DNA of 63,976 bases, filler included, from Stramenopiles sp. TOSAG23-3 (GCA_900128585.1; 5 parts of 5 records of this genome joined end to end with filler, not necessarily neighbours in it), one strand, 5' to 3'. Positions 10,863 through 22,905 are shown, counted from the whole stretch's first letter. A program made the numbers and translations. Notes: generated by a model not told the origin, from the sequence alone.

Positions 10863-12886
10863 TTACACGTCACATTGATCCTCTTCCACCAAGGCCGGCA
10901 GAATTTCGATGCCTTTGGTTTTATCGAGACCGACCGCGCGACCTTTGACACTCATTGGACTCACAGAGTTGATACCAGTATGTGTCCGCATCAATTGGCG
11001 CATCGCAGGGGTGCGCGCGCCATCTTGATACGTAATTTCTGAGAACCGATTTTTATTTGTCGTCGTCCTGGAGGTCATAGTGGCCGCCCGCTTGCGGAGG
11101 TTTTGCTCCGCTATGAGTTTGCGGCGTTCGGTCTTAAGACAAGAACGACCCTTCAATTTCGAATTTTTTACCAATGGTTGCTTGTTCTGTTTGTCTCGGT
11201 TCACTATGATCAGTAGTGCCAAAGTTAACGCGCGAAGCGCGGTGCCAATCCAAAACAAGTTCCACGCGTTCGAGAACAGTGTATTGGTGCCAATACGGTA
11301 GCCTTTCTCCTCCACCCCGTATGCACTCACTGCCGCTTCACGTTGCAGCATCGGTGCATTGTTCATCCACTTTGAAAAAATACCTTCTACTGCCCATCGC
11401 CCAAAGGATACAGAGTAAACCTGTGGGATGGGAAAAGGGTACGTTCCTATGCTCTTCAATGTAGGCGATAGGCCCGTCATCAACCCACCAAGCAAGAAAC
11501 ACGCCGCGGCGGTCGAAACAACGGCACTCTCCTTCGCGACGGTAATGGAAATGATGTACCCCACGGGCGATGCTGCATACGCCACGCCTACAAATACCAG
11601 TATCACTTCGCTTCGGCTCACCAAAGGCTGTGAGCAGTCGTAAAATACAGTCCCAAAGGCAAATCCTTTTATCGCAATAAGCGCGATGTCCAGCAGCGCA
11701 CGTGCAAGAAAGTACGGAAGCGCCTGAAGGCCCCAGCCACGCTCCCGGTAATACAATAACCGCATTGCCCCAAACAGCGCTACGGAGTTCACTCCCACGA
11801 GCACACCCAATAATGCAACGGCAAGTGTCAGGCTCGTAGGCAAAATGTTCATCCCAAAGTCATCCGATTGAGACAGCCAACCGCTCATGGCCGCGGACAG
11901 ACCTAGGACGCACAAATCCTGGAAAATCGTGAACATACGCATGTACGTAATGACTGCTATGCGCACTTGCAGCCATTTAAATTGGCGGAAGAATGTTTTC
12001 CAGTATACGCCAAAGGCAGCATAGCACCCAGAACTGTTGGTGATGATTTTTAAGCTTGGCAACTGCTCCATGCTTAGTGCCCACTTTCTTGAAGGGAGTT
12101 CGTCATTTGTCGTGCATCTTGTCATGTGATTACGAATAGCACTGGCCGCCGTCTCGTTGCGTTTTATCGCCACCCTCCGTTTCCTCTCTGCCTGTCCGAT
12201 CTTGGCTCTGTTGAACTCGACAAGCAAGTTCACGACTTCCTCTAGAGCATAGCGACGTTCAGCCAACGTCCCCAAGAATGCTTCGAGCTGCTTGATTTGT
12301 TTCCGGGGAAGAATATTGTCGTCTTCAACCAAGCGTATTACCGTATTTATATCTGGGATATGGAGCATGTTTTCGTTGCCTAGGACTGCTCGGTGGTACA
12401 CTGCCAAGCTTCTTTGAAAAGTAGCTATCTGACCTGGGAGCAACACCGAGTCCTGAAGCCGTCGCACAATTTCGGCTTCAGCGCCTCTGCTCACAGTCTC
12501 CCTTTTCATCCGTTGCTTATTCTCTGCAAACATTTTTGACCCTTCTTTTCGCCACATAACAAACAAATCTTCGGGGACAAACGTGGGGTCACCCTCCCGC
12601 GAAACAACCCCAGCGCAACAATCCATGAGGAAATCGGCCAAATTTTCCGCTTGTGGACAGTGGAATCCAATCCCTTCAAAATAAGCTTGGACGAAGTGCG
12701 TCGGTCCGCAGAACACTGTCATGCCACCCTTGCCCAATAGCAACAACTGGTCAAACAACGCAAAAATCGAGTACCGTGGCTGGTGTATTACGGAAATGAC
12801 CGTCATCCCCAAATTGGCCAAATCTTTGAGCGCAGACATGACGATCTTCGCGGACGTCGAATCCAACCCACTCGTCGGTTCGTCCA
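10863..12886 (-). CDS. ABCG (White-family) transporter, 5'-truncated by contig end
   Basis: Frame open to the gap. DEPTSGLDS (Walker B/D-loop), VIHQPR H-loop, NLADFLMD, C-terminal ABC2-type membrane domain. Confidence 0.9.
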
Positions 12887-12986
12887 NNNNNNNNNNNNNN
12901 NNNNNNNNNNNNNNNNNNNNNNNNNNNNNNTTAATTAATTAANNNNNNNNNNNNNNNNNNNNNNNNNNNNNNNNNNNNNNNNNNNN
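12887..12986. other. Artificial contig-join spacer
   Basis: N44-TTAATTAATTAA-N44; stop codons in all six frames. Confidence 0.97.
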
Positions 12987-15451
12987 TTGGCAATTACGAG
13001 CCTCTTTTTTGCTTTTTTCCTTTTCTTTTTGCGCCTGCGGGTTGCCATGGATCGAGCCAACGATTCGATGGTGGGGTCTATGGGCGTAACATTGTACTGA
13101 TTAAGGCATTCTACCAAATTTTCCAGTCCACTGATGACAGCGTTCCGGAGGGTATCCAAAAACATGTGGTTCAAAATGTACAAAGCCCGACGAAATGGGC
13201 CACGGTAAATGTCTGAAGCAATGATACTCGATTCCCTGTTCGCGAACATTCCAGGAGGAATGTCTTTAATGTGCGCGTTAGGGCGCCGCATGCGCGTCAG
13301 CTCTTTTGGCTCTACTATTCCCTCCGGCAACACCGGCGGCACGGCCTTTGGGGCACTGCGCCTTGTCCGTTGGTCTTGCAAGGCCGCTTCGTACGCTGCC
13401 AGTTTGTCCGACAGGCTGTCGCACGCAAAGCTGTACTCGTCAAACACGAGTTCATCCAACACTTTTTTGACGTGCGGAAGTGCTGCCTGTTTGAAGAGAT
13501 CTATCTGTTCTTTCTGGGTGGCTACAAAATCCTCCAGGCTCGACGGAAACCTACCCTTGCACTTCCCCTCTATTGCTACGTCTGAGTGTTCATCGAAGTA
13601 AAACCTTGCCTTGTGCGTCTCTTTCTTTTCGTCGGACAAAAGCTCAAACCCGGCAATGTTGAACGCAGCGAGGGGTTTCCAAACTGTCCCCGGCCCCCAC
13701 ACCGCTTCCATGGCCTCCACGCGGTGCACCACTTCGTCCCGGATCTTTTGCAGCGTTTCCAAAACGTAAGGGCTGGCGGCCGGTAGGTACTTTACAATTT
13801 GGCCCTTGGCTTCATCGTAATCGCGAGACGGCTCCTTCCCCCCCTCGTCACTTCTGCCAGCGTCGTCCTTCTGAAAGTCTAATCCGCAAACGCGCTTCCA
13901 CCCGTTCATCCCACCGTGTCGCAGGGTTCTAATTGCTAATGACTCAAAGGGCAAGTCTGGCAAGCCGGCAACGTCGGTGGGCCCGCCTGGGACGGGCGCA
14001 ACAACAACCGCCGCCGCATGAAGGCGGTTCATTATGGATATGTACTCGACCCGGACCTCTTCCGACAGCTTTGCAATGGACTTTACAAATGGCCGGGGCA
14101 TTTTCGCTTCAATATCAACGTTCGACCGGGCAAAAATACCGATGAATATTTCGCTGGGCACTACCACTTTGGGCAGGTCCATTTCGCCCAACAGCGCCTC
14201 GACAGCACTCTTGTACCGCGCGGCGGCCTCTGCCGTGTCTCTTCGAGACTGCGCCGCAGAGTACCGTTCGTCGAACTTTGCTTCGTCTTCTTCAAGAAAC
14301 CGAAGGTTCAACCGAGGGACAAACTTCCGCTTCCCGTTGTGGGACCATGCAATCTGAAACCTTGAGGACAGTTTTTCGTATGACAGAACATTGCACAGGC
14401 GCCATTCCCAGTTGCCCTCCAAATCATACCACCTTGATTCCGCCTCCACAAACCCCTGATCGTTCTTCTTGCCCCGCGTCAGCCATTCCCCCGGGGGCCA
14501 CGGATCACAGTTGGGGTCGTCAAACAGCTCCACTGGTATAAAAATGGGTTCTTTGGTGCCCACGATGTCCGTTGCTTCCGGGTCACCCTCCCACGCCGTA
14601 CTCTTTGGGTCTGAGACACCCCGTCTATGCACCCGCGACTGCATCGCGTAGGCGCTCCCCCGCTCCCGCATTCTTCGAATGCGCTCGACACCGTCTAACT
14701 TGACCGGCTTTCTGGAGTACGGCAGGGTGTCCATCAGTTCCCGTATTCTTGCGGTCGACTTGCTCACTTTCAGCAAGGCGGGGGCGCTCGCACTGTGCGA
14801 TTTCTTAACGCCTGGCAAGAGACGAGGGCGCTGCTTTACAAGCTTGTCCTTCTTCGGGATATGCCCATGCGGCTTTGCGACACCATACGAGTGCCTCGGG
14901 CCTTTTTTCAAAAAGCGAGCGACGGCTTTCTTGTTTGAATTCCTCTTGTTCCTTCCAGACGCCCTCAAAAGCGCGGCAGCCGGTTGCCCGACGATACTAG
15001 AGTGGGCCACCAGGGTGGACACTGCATCTTGGGCGGTGCCCATTGCCGAGCTCCCCATCATAATAGAGCTCCCCCCCCCGTCGAGGGTGCTTGGCGGGGC
15101 GGTACCGTCGTCGTACCCGCCCAAGTCTATCGCGCTCGTCACACGGCCGAGGGATTGGTTGCCGGCAATATTCGTGCTGTGGCCAAACGAGCCGCTCCCC
15201 CGGGTGTAGTACCGACTATTTTCTACACGCTCTTCCATGACCGAGTCGCGAATCGCGGAGAACCGGTTCACGGAGGAGTCGGGGTCCGTGTACTCTATAT
15301 CCCAGTCTCCCGCAGTTGGTACTTTCGGTGCCCTCGTTTTTGCCCCAAGCTCGTACATCAGCTGGTCTTCCCCCAACCGAAACCTAGCATAGTTCAACAG
15401 TCGCTTGCGGGACACTTCCGCACGCTCTTCAAGGGTACCGCCAGGCTCCAT
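12987..15451 (-). CDS. Axonemal inner-arm dynein heavy chain N-terminal region (DNAH1-like), 3'-truncated
   Basis: First ATG 15451; frame open to the gap. IPVELFDD...P.EWL, WRLCNVLSY, FVPRLNLRFLEED..KF..R..AAQ.RR..AEA..RY match the DNAH1-type tail. Confidence 0.65.
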
Positions 15452-15835
15452 GGTCTTCGTTCCGGACGACAGGCGTGAAAGGCACTTCACTCAAAAACGA
15501 AAGAAACGTACGTACCTGCTTCTTTCTATGATACAAATCCGCTTCACCCGTATATATGCATACACACACACACACATATAGATAGATTCTTAAAAAATCT
15601 TTTAATTTCTTTACACGTTAAATGGGTATAACGATGACTTCTATACGTAATTTTCTTTTCCCTTTCCTTCTTTTCCTTCTTCAATAATAATAATATTATT
15701 TTTTTAATAATATTTTACTACCTACTGGTACGGTAAGAAGAAGAAGAGGAAAAGAAATAATAATATAAAAAAATGATTTTTATTATATATAATAAAAAAT
15801 AAAATTAACGGAAATTATTAAAATAATAATTTTGA

Positions 15836-16018
15836 ACTTTCTTCTTCTTTCTTGTTGTTTCTTGTTTCTTCTTCTTTCTTCTTCTTCTTCTTCTTTCTTC
15901 TTCTTCTTCTTCTTTCTTCTTCTTTCTTCTTCTTTCTTCTTCTTCTTCTTCTTTCTTCTTCTTTCTTCTTCTTCTTTTCTTCTTCTTCTTCTTCTTCTTC
16001 TTCTTCTTTCTTCTTCCT
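15836..16018. repeat. (CTT)n/(CTTT) microsatellite tract
   Basis: Nearly pure pyrimidine tract on the + strand. Confidence 0.95.
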
Positions 16019-16526
16019 TAAAATTGGGTTGAGTGAGGAGAGCAGTAAAAATATTAAATAGATTGATACCTGATTTTGATGCGTTAGTTATAGTTAATGT
16101 AACACTATAAACAACAAAGCCCTTTGTAATTAATTATAAGGCCATTGTCTGTAGGGATTTAGATGAAATCATTTCTTCATATTAATTATAACAAGATAGA
16201 ATTAAAAAGTAATAAAGTATAACTCTTTAAGAAACATATAGACAATAAAATCCTTAAGGTTACGTGGATTAGCTCCTCTAAATTTGAAGCCCCACCACCG
16301 TCCAACCGGTTGTTGGTACTCACTCACTCTTTTCTTCTTTTCTTTCTCTCTTTTTCATCATCACCAACGAATTTACAAATTTCCAATACTACTTTCCAAT
16401 CAAAACAGTGAAGGAACAATAGATAAGCAGAATTTATTGTGTCGTAACCGTTCATGATTATCGCGGGCACGGTCTTTTAAAAACGCTTACATATAGCTGT
16501 TTTCTTCGTTTTTCTAGTAGTTCCCA

Positions 16527-17615
16527 ATGAGCTCTCTAGCGCACGCGTACCGCGCAACGAGCGAAGGGGAGGGGGTAATTTCGGCGGGCGGTTTGCCAGC
16601 GACCCGTTTGGCATTGGGGAAAGTTTCAGGGGAGGGTTCGGTTGTTGCTTATGTTGGAAATAAAAATCGGGTTTTCAAGCACCAAATTTCTCTCCCTGGC
16701 AAGGACAAGGTCACCTTTATCTCAACGAAGGGCTCGAAGGCGTCGCTCCCGGTTCCTGCCAAGTGCACCGTGCAGCAAGACTGCCAAAACAACAATATGC
16801 ACCCGTGCGAGGTACAGTCTGTGTCGTCGACAGTCACGGGCGACATCACCGTGGCGTCCATCGACGCAAAGGGGGGCATCAGGGTGTCCTGCAACGACAA
16901 AGCCACGGAAAGCTCTTACAGTTCCAACTTGGAGTCAAGCTGGGCGGGCATAGACTTGGAACCCTGCTCGTCCGGCACACCGTCTTTTGCCGTCAGCGCT
17001 CACTTCTGCAGCCGGATGATTGGTAGGTACGACATAAAGAAAGGGGTGTACAGCTCCCAGACTCACTGTGCGCTAGCCCCCACCGCCGTGTGCTTGTTAG
17101 ACCAATGCGCCATTGGCATCGCAGAATCGAACGTTCTGTCGATATGGGACTCGCGGAGCAATTCGTGCTGTGGGCGGTCGACCGTGTCTCGCGATCTACT
17201 GTTCGGTATTGCAACTTCCGGGGACAACCCAAACCTCCTTCTGACAGCCGGTGCGGACCGCACTGTCTATACTGTAGATAGAAGAAACTGGAAAATTCAA
17301 AATCGCTGGCGCTCCCCGCTTAAGTACGAGGCGATCGGGCTGATGGTGTCCCCATCGAACCCGTCAAACTGTTACGTTGCGGGCTTGGACAACGACATAC
17401 TGTGTGGGCAGTGGCACCGGGGTGGGAACAAAGGCGGGGACGGCAAGGGGGGCGGGATACTGTTTCAAAATCACCACTGTGGGTTTCGTGGCGATTCAAG
17501 GTGGATCGGCCTTTCCGTTTTTGATTCAAAAGAGAACTCTCGGGGGGATGTTATAGTTGGAGGCTGCGAAAGTGGGTCTCTGTACGTGATTGAAAATGCA
17601 CAATACATGCAGTGA
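16527..17615 (+). CDS. WD40-repeat beta-propeller protein
   Basis: 362 aa; LSIWDSR, LLTAGADRTVYTVD, YVAGLDN, IVGGCESGSLYV. Confidence 0.75.
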   Translation: MSSLAHAYRATSEGEGVISAGGLPATRLALGKVSGEGSVVAYVGNKNRVFKHQISLPGKDKVTFISTKGSKASLPVPAKCTVQQDCQNNNMHPCEVQSVSSTVTGDITVASIDAKGGIRVSCNDKATESSYSSNLESSWAGIDLEPCSSGTPSFAVSAHFCSRMIGRYDIKKGVYSSQTHCALAPTAVCLLDQCAIGIAESNVLSIWDSRSNSCCGRSTVSRDLLFGIATSGDNPNLLLTAGADRTVYTVDRRNWKIQNRWRSPLKYEAIGLMVSPSNPSNCYVAGLDNDILCGQWHRGGNKGGDGKGGGILFQNHHCGFRGDSRWIGLSVFDSKENSRGDVIVGGCESGSLYVIENAQYMQ

Positions 17616-17918
17616 GAGAGACGTGGTAAGGGGCGCATGATTTTTAAAACAAAATAAAAGGATTTCAGAGAATGATCCCAGAACCACTTGGGAAGATGAC
17701 TAGAAAGTAGAGAGAGCGGGATGGAAACGGAGCACTTTTTTCACTGGGAAGAATATCGTAAAAAGTAGTTACGAAGTCTATCTTAACTTACACAGCATGA
17801 ATGGGCTAACTCGGACTCAACTTTTACAATCAATATACTTCGTGTGTAGGTAAAATTTAAGAATTCTGTAGTATTTTTCTTCTTTTTATGTTCTTTGTCT
17901 CTTCTCTTTTCTTTTCTT

Positions 17919-17992
17919 TAAAAACAAGAAAATTGGCTGTTATTTAAGTAATTAAATTTAGCTTCCTCATACCGTTTAAAAAACAAAAATTG
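17919..17992 (+). repeat. Solo end of the dispersed TIR repeat family
   Basis: AAAACAAGAAAATTGGCTGTTATTTAAGTAATTAAATTTAGCTTC matches the copies at 6500-6572 and 6597-6633. Confidence 0.8.
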
Positions 17993-18026
17993 ATAATTAT
18001 TGTTCATTATCTTAGAAAATACGCGC

Positions 18027-20756
18027 TCAAAGTTTTTGCCACCCCGTTGCGTCTGCAACGATGTACTGGTACTTTCGCTGGTGTTCCCTGATGACCAATG
18101 GGATCGGTTCTTTGTACAATCGTTTGAACCCTCGTGCTTCCATTTCGCGAAGGAGCGTGGCGGCGCTGTCGACGGGCTCCCCAGTGCTCTCGTCGTAGTA
18201 GCCGCCCATCCATTGTTCTCGGTTGGTGAACTCTTCCAGCCATGAAAATGGGGTCGTCATGACGACCATCCCCCCGGGCTTCACCATGCGAGACAGGCTG
18301 TCAAGGCAGTCCATAGGTCGGGGCAGCCGACAGATTAAGTTTGCCATGACGATGGAGTCAAATTGCCCAAGTTCCTTTTCGTCCAAATTGCACGCGTCGC
18401 CTTGCAAGAACTTTGTGCGGGCCTTTGCGGCCGCGTCCACGCCGTCTTCATGGCAGGCGAGCACGCGGGCGTGGACGTCTGCCTCCATCGCAATGTTGAA
18501 GTGAATGTCTTCGTTGCCCTTCATGGAGTTTGCGGCGTCGACAAAGGCTTGGCTAAAGTCGATGCCAACCACCTCGTCGTACCGGGTAGCTAGCGTGTAC
18601 GAAGTACCGCCCACGGCGCACCCCAAGTCGAGGGCCCTGGTGGTACTCGATGCGCCGTAGCTCTTGTTGTGCTGGCCATCGAGTTGGAACAGAAGCTCTG
18701 CGACCCGCTGGGGGAACCTTCCGGTCCCGGCCGGGAGGCCCTCGTGGGCCATCATGAAGGGAATGTTTTCCTTCTTTCCCGAGCAGGAGGAGTAGTGCAA
18801 ACCCAAGTATTGGTCGACCAAACTTTGGGTTTCGTACACGTTCGATTCCTTTCTTTCCCCTTCGGTGATCGTCTGTTCCGTCTTCGAAAGCGGTTCGCCG
18901 TCCGCGTCAACTTTCTCCCCTGCCTCGTTCAGGTATGCGGCGGGGGCGGCCGAGTCGGACTTTACCATGCGAAAGCCAGAGTGCTGAAGAAAATGCCTTC
19001 GGAAATGGAAGCGCGCAAATGTGCTGGCCTCGTCCCCCGTGCTCATAAAGGACCCTCCAAGGATCATGTCATGCCGTCCGTCGTAACATGGTACACTGAA
19101 GTCGTCGTACGTCGGGTGGATCTCATAGTTGCACAAGTGGGACCCTCCGACGTAGGAGACCAACCCCTCCTCCAACGGGTTGAAGTTGTCCTCCATGTGC
19201 TCCCACACGTTTCCCATTACGTCGTAATGACCGCTTTGGCTGGGCGCGCCGACGCCCCCCACGGGGCTTGCACTCCCATACGCCAAGTTGAGGTTGGCGC
19301 TTTTGGGGGACGACGGGTCGCGTACGAAGTCTTTCCCCGACATGGACATGACCGGGTCGGCCATCGCGTCCCCTCGGGCCCGTTCCAGGGACACCGCCGG
19401 GTCCTTCAGGAGGTTCCACTCGGCCTCCGTGGGCAGGCGGTACGAGGCTCCGTCTTGCTCCGACTTCCAGGCGCAGTACGCCTTTGCCTCGTGGTGGGTG
19501 ACTTCCGCGGGCCAGTCCCACTGCATGTCGATCGTTTCGAAGATCGTCCTTAGCTTGAACTTGAACGAGCCCTGCGGCCCGTCCCATTCCCAAAAATGTG
19601 GGTCCTTCATGTTCCGGAACTTCCTCCAGCCCCAGCCGTCTTCGGTCCAGTACTTCTCCGTGCGGTACCCCCCGGCCTTAACGAATTCAAAAAAATCCCC
19701 GTTGGTAACCATGTACTCAGTGGCGTGAAACGATGGCGTTGTCACGTCGCGTGTGCCGTACTCGTTGTCCCACCCGTACGACGGGAACTTGCGGGGCTTC
19801 CCGAGCGTAACGTCCCCGCCTTGGACGGCAATGAACCTGTTTTGCGCTGGGTAATGCTCGCCACGGACGGGCGCGTGCGTCTTGCGCGTCGCGTCCCGGG
19901 CGGACGGGTGGAGCTTGGGAAATTCCTTGGGAACCTGGACTAGGCTTTCGGGGGCCTCTCGAAAAAGGACGGAGGACGTTTCGAAATGAATCCGGTCGTG
20001 CTCAAACCCCATGAAGAGCGCCCACAAGGGGTGGTCCCACGTTATCGTGGAGGGGCTGCCCTCGGTCCCGATGTCCGGGTGGGTTGCAATGACGTCCGAG
20101 ACCACTTGGTACACTTCTTTCCGGTACTCATGGGTCTCTTTCACGGTCGGCCAAACCATGTCGTTCTTGTGCATGTCGTCCCAGAGCATCTCATCGACGC
20201 CGGTTTCGTAAATGCTCTCAAAGTACGGGTTGACGCCCTTGTCCAAGACCCCAGCCACTTGCAGTTTGTTCACGTACAGGCACGGGGTGTGGCCGTAGTA
20301 GAAAATCTGGGGGTGGCGAAGCCCGTGCGGCGGCGGCCGGTAAAAATACTCTTCTCCCTTAAGGCCCGCAAACAGTATCTCATACGATGTCCAGGTGTTG
20401 TCGAAGTACGCTTGCGTCTCCTCCCGCGTGACGCGGTCAAGCCGTGGGAGCGCAAGGGACGTAAACGTCCCGTCTTCCAATACCCCCGGGCACTCTCCAA
20501 AAACTGGCCGCTTTCCCGTGTACCACTCGTCCGACCGAGGGCCGACAAGCCAGTTGTCGCACTCTCGGTTCAGGTTGACCATCCAGTCTTCCCTGTGGGA
20601 CAGTTGATCGATACTCTCTTCTGCGGCAGAAGCCGGCGTCGACGCACTCCCAATAGCAGACGCGGACGCCGCAGACGACGAGGACGCCGAAGCGAGACCC
20701 CGGACGTGCGACCCGGCGGTCCTACCAAAGGTTCTGAAGAACCTAGCTTTTAACAT
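18027..20756 (-). CDS. ovoA: Ovothiol biosynthesis enzyme: 5-histidylcysteine sulfoxide synthase / SAM methyltransferase
   Basis: DinB-like domain (LRHPQIFYYGH, GVDEMLWDD, HDRIHFETSSVL = Hx3HxE iron motif), FGE-sulfatase domain (YGWDNEYG, RLPTEAEW, GNVWE, YDDFS, FRRHFLQHSGFR) and methyltransferase (ALDLGCAVG). Likely start MLKARFF at 20756; the frame is open to 20852. Confidence 0.93.
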   Translation of the reverse strand: MLKARFFRTFGRTAGSHVRGLASASSSSAASASAIGSASTPASAAEESIDQLSHREDWMVNLNRECDNWLVGPRSDEWYTGKRPVFGECPGVLEDGTFTSLALPRLDRVTREETQAYFDNTWTSYEILFAGLKGEEYFYRPPPHGLRHPQIFYYGHTPCLYVNKLQVAGVLDKGVNPYFESIYETGVDEMLWDDMHKNDMVWPTVKETHEYRKEVYQVVSDVIATHPDIGTEGSPSTITWDHPLWALFMGFEHDRIHFETSSVLFREAPESLVQVPKEFPKLHPSARDATRKTHAPVRGEHYPAQNRFIAVQGGDVTLGKPRKFPSYGWDNEYGTRDVTTPSFHATEYMVTNGDFFEFVKAGGYRTEKYWTEDGWGWRKFRNMKDPHFWEWDGPQGSFKFKLRTIFETIDMQWDWPAEVTHHEAKAYCAWKSEQDGASYRLPTEAEWNLLKDPAVSLERARGDAMADPVMSMSGKDFVRDPSSPKSANLNLAYGSASPVGGVGAPSQSGHYDVMGNVWEHMEDNFNPLEEGLVSYVGGSHLCNYEIHPTYDDFSVPCYDGRHDMILGGSFMSTGDEASTFARFHFRRHFLQHSGFRMVKSDSAAPAAYLNEAGEKVDADGEPLSKTEQTITEGERKESNVYETQSLVDQYLGLHYSSCSGKKENIPFMMAHEGLPAGTGRFPQRVAELLFQLDGQHNKSYGASSTTRALDLGCAVGGTSYTLATRYDEVVGIDFSQAFVDAANSMKGNEDIHFNIAMEADVHARVLACHEDGVDAAAKARTKFLQGDACNLDEKELGQFDSIVMANLICRLPRPMDCLDSLSRMVKPGGMVVMTTPFSWLEEFTNREQWMGGYYDESTGEPVDSAATLLREMEARGFKRLYKEPIPLVIREHQRKYQYIVADATGWQKL

Positions 20757-21730
20757 GATTGTGGTGGTGTTTGAAAATAAAAGGTGCGCGCGTGTATGTG
20801 TTTTGTTGTTGTTTAACTTTATGTCAAATGCTCGCACGCCATTCCTCATCATTCTTCTTCTTTCTAATTCTTGTTTCTTGTTTGAATTTGAGATAAAATG
20901 ATTTGGTATTATTACAGATGGATGAGCTGGTGGTTCTGGAAGTAGAAGAAGAAAAGGAAAATAACACTTCTTTTAGAGTATAATAATAATATAAAAATCT
21001 ATAATATCATCTCCATATTTTTACTAAATAAGAGAACACAGTATATAAATAATTAAACTTTCGATTCAGCTAATACCAGCAGTAATAATATAATAATTTT
21101 TTGTTGTTTTCATCATTAGAAGATAATAGATGGATATAGCATTGTTATTTTAAAAATGGTTTTTGTACTCCGAACTCCGAACTCCGCATAAATAAATAAA
21201 TAAATAATTAAAATTAATTAATTATTAACATTGAATAGGAAAGAAATACCCCAAATCGAATAGATTTACTGTTCGATTTATATTAATAAAAGGTGAATAG
21301 AAGGGAAAATAATCATGTACGTGAAGTTTGAGATAAAATTACCTAATTGAATAAATTAAAGTATATAAAACAAGCAGAAACAAATAATAACAACAAGTAT
21401 GTAGATTTCCTATTTGTTTTATTTTTTTAATAGAAAGGAGGGTGGACAGATGAAAGAAAGAAACAATCCGCCCACCAATAATCCATCTAAAATTAAGGAA
21501 ATATATTTATAATTAGTATATATGCTATGTATATGTAAATGAGGATTACTTTATCACTTTTTTCATTCTATTTTATTATAATTAATATTGAGAAATGATT
21601 TCATCTAAATCCCTACAAATACATAGATTTATCACAACAAACTGTCTCAATCAATTATTCCTACAAAAACATACCCTTAATTTTACTTATTTTGTCCACC
21701 AACAAGAATGCATAATAATTTATGAAGTAC

Positions 21731-21960
21731 AAGAAGAAGAAGAAGAAGAAGAAAGAAGAAGGAAGAAGAAGAAGAAGAAGAAGAAAGAAGAAAGAAGAAA
21801 GAAGAAAAAGAAGAAGAAAGAAGAAGAAGAAGAAGAAAAAGAAAACAAAGAAAGAAGAAGAAGAAGAAGAAAAAGAAAACAAAGAAAGAAAAAGAAGAAA
21901 AAGAAGAAGAAGAAGAAAAAGAAGAAAGAAGAAAAAGAAGAAAGAAGAAGAAAAAGAACG
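21731..21960. repeat. (GAA)n microsatellite tract
   Basis: ~230-nt purine tract. Confidence 0.95.
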
Positions 21961-22228
21961 AAGCAATAAAATCATTATTATATCTTCTCTTCATCTTCAT
22001 CTCATCAAATCTATCTTCTTTTAACTATAAACTATATACTACAAATAATAATCGAAAGAAAAGAAATCTAGAATGATTCATATAAGTGCTCTGTTTCAAC
22101 GAGGCTGACGTTGTAGCGTGCGTGTGTACATCATACATACACATACATATAGAACCGAGTTGTATTTGTTTTTTGCTTCTTGTTTTTCGTTGTTGTTCTT
22201 GTACATACTTTCGCCCCTTTGGCGCGCC

Positions 22229-22507
22229 ATGGCAAGCGTCGTGCAAAAGGTTGCTGGGGGGAAGGCAAAGCAGTTCTCTGGAATCCAGCGCGAAGTGTTC
22301 TCCGTGTACCGCCAGATAATAAGGGAAGCGTATAAGAAGGACTCTGGGGCCAGGGAGAGCATTGTAGCGCAAGCTAGGAGTGAGTTTCGCTCAAAGGGGG
22401 ACACAATCAAACGATCCGACTACCAACTTATTGAGCACAACATTCGGAGGGCGAGAAAGCACGTCCAGCTCATTCAAATGCCTGGGTTCAGAGGGGTGAG
22501 CTTGTGA
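22229..22507 (+). CDS. SDHAF1: LYR-motif succinate dehydrogenase assembly factor 1
   Basis: 92 aa from ATG 22229; SGIQREVFSVYR...ARSEFR...D...IEHNIRR. Confidence 0.8.
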   Translation: MASVVQKVAGGKAKQFSGIQREVFSVYRQIIREAYKKDSGARESIVAQARSEFRSKGDTIKRSDYQLIEHNIRRARKHVQLIQMPGFRGVSL

Positions 22508-22685
22508 CCACGCTTAGTAAACAGCACGACAGGCGCTGCCGACGGACTTGCTGCCGTTAGAAAATAAAGTACCGATCACTAAACATCAAAATCTCAACCG
22601 CCCAGGCAGTGAAGATAAATTTTAATTTAAAAACTGAGGAGAGTTTTAAAGCGTACTCTATGTAATTTGTTTCTCTTTTTTTAAA

Positions 22686-22867
22686 TTTAAAAACAAAAAA
22701 AATTGTCTGACATTTAAGTACAAAATTAAATTTTATCTTCCTCATGTACCGCGAAAATGAATCTGCTCCTTTTGTCCATGAAAGGTTTTCGTTCCTTCAT
22801 GTACTGCGAACTTATCTCTGCTCTTGTGGTTTTACTAAATAACAGCCAATTTTTTTGTTTTTTAAAA
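22686..22867. mobile_element. Second MITE-like copy with imperfect TIRs
   Basis: TTTAAAAACAAAAAAAATTGTCTGACATTTAAGTA ... TACTAAATAACAGCCAATTTTTTTGTTTTTTAAA; interior homologous to 6694-6790. Confidence 0.6.
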
Positions 22868-22905
22868 AGTTTAAACGACCAACCGACACCGCAGCCCCGT
22901 GCGCT

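Noticed and set aside
12887-12986. TTAATTAATTAA palindrome flanked by Ns, four times
   Set aside because: Artificial six-frame-stop linker. The complete contigs between spacers (12860, 12834, 12785 nt) fall in descending length, indicating sorted concatenation
21595-22024. Poly-K/E/R and poly-F/L/S ORFs (also near 2246-2845, 4921-5470, 15832-16061, 27367-27658, 44151-44561)
   Set aside because: Translation artefacts of GAA/CTT microsatellites
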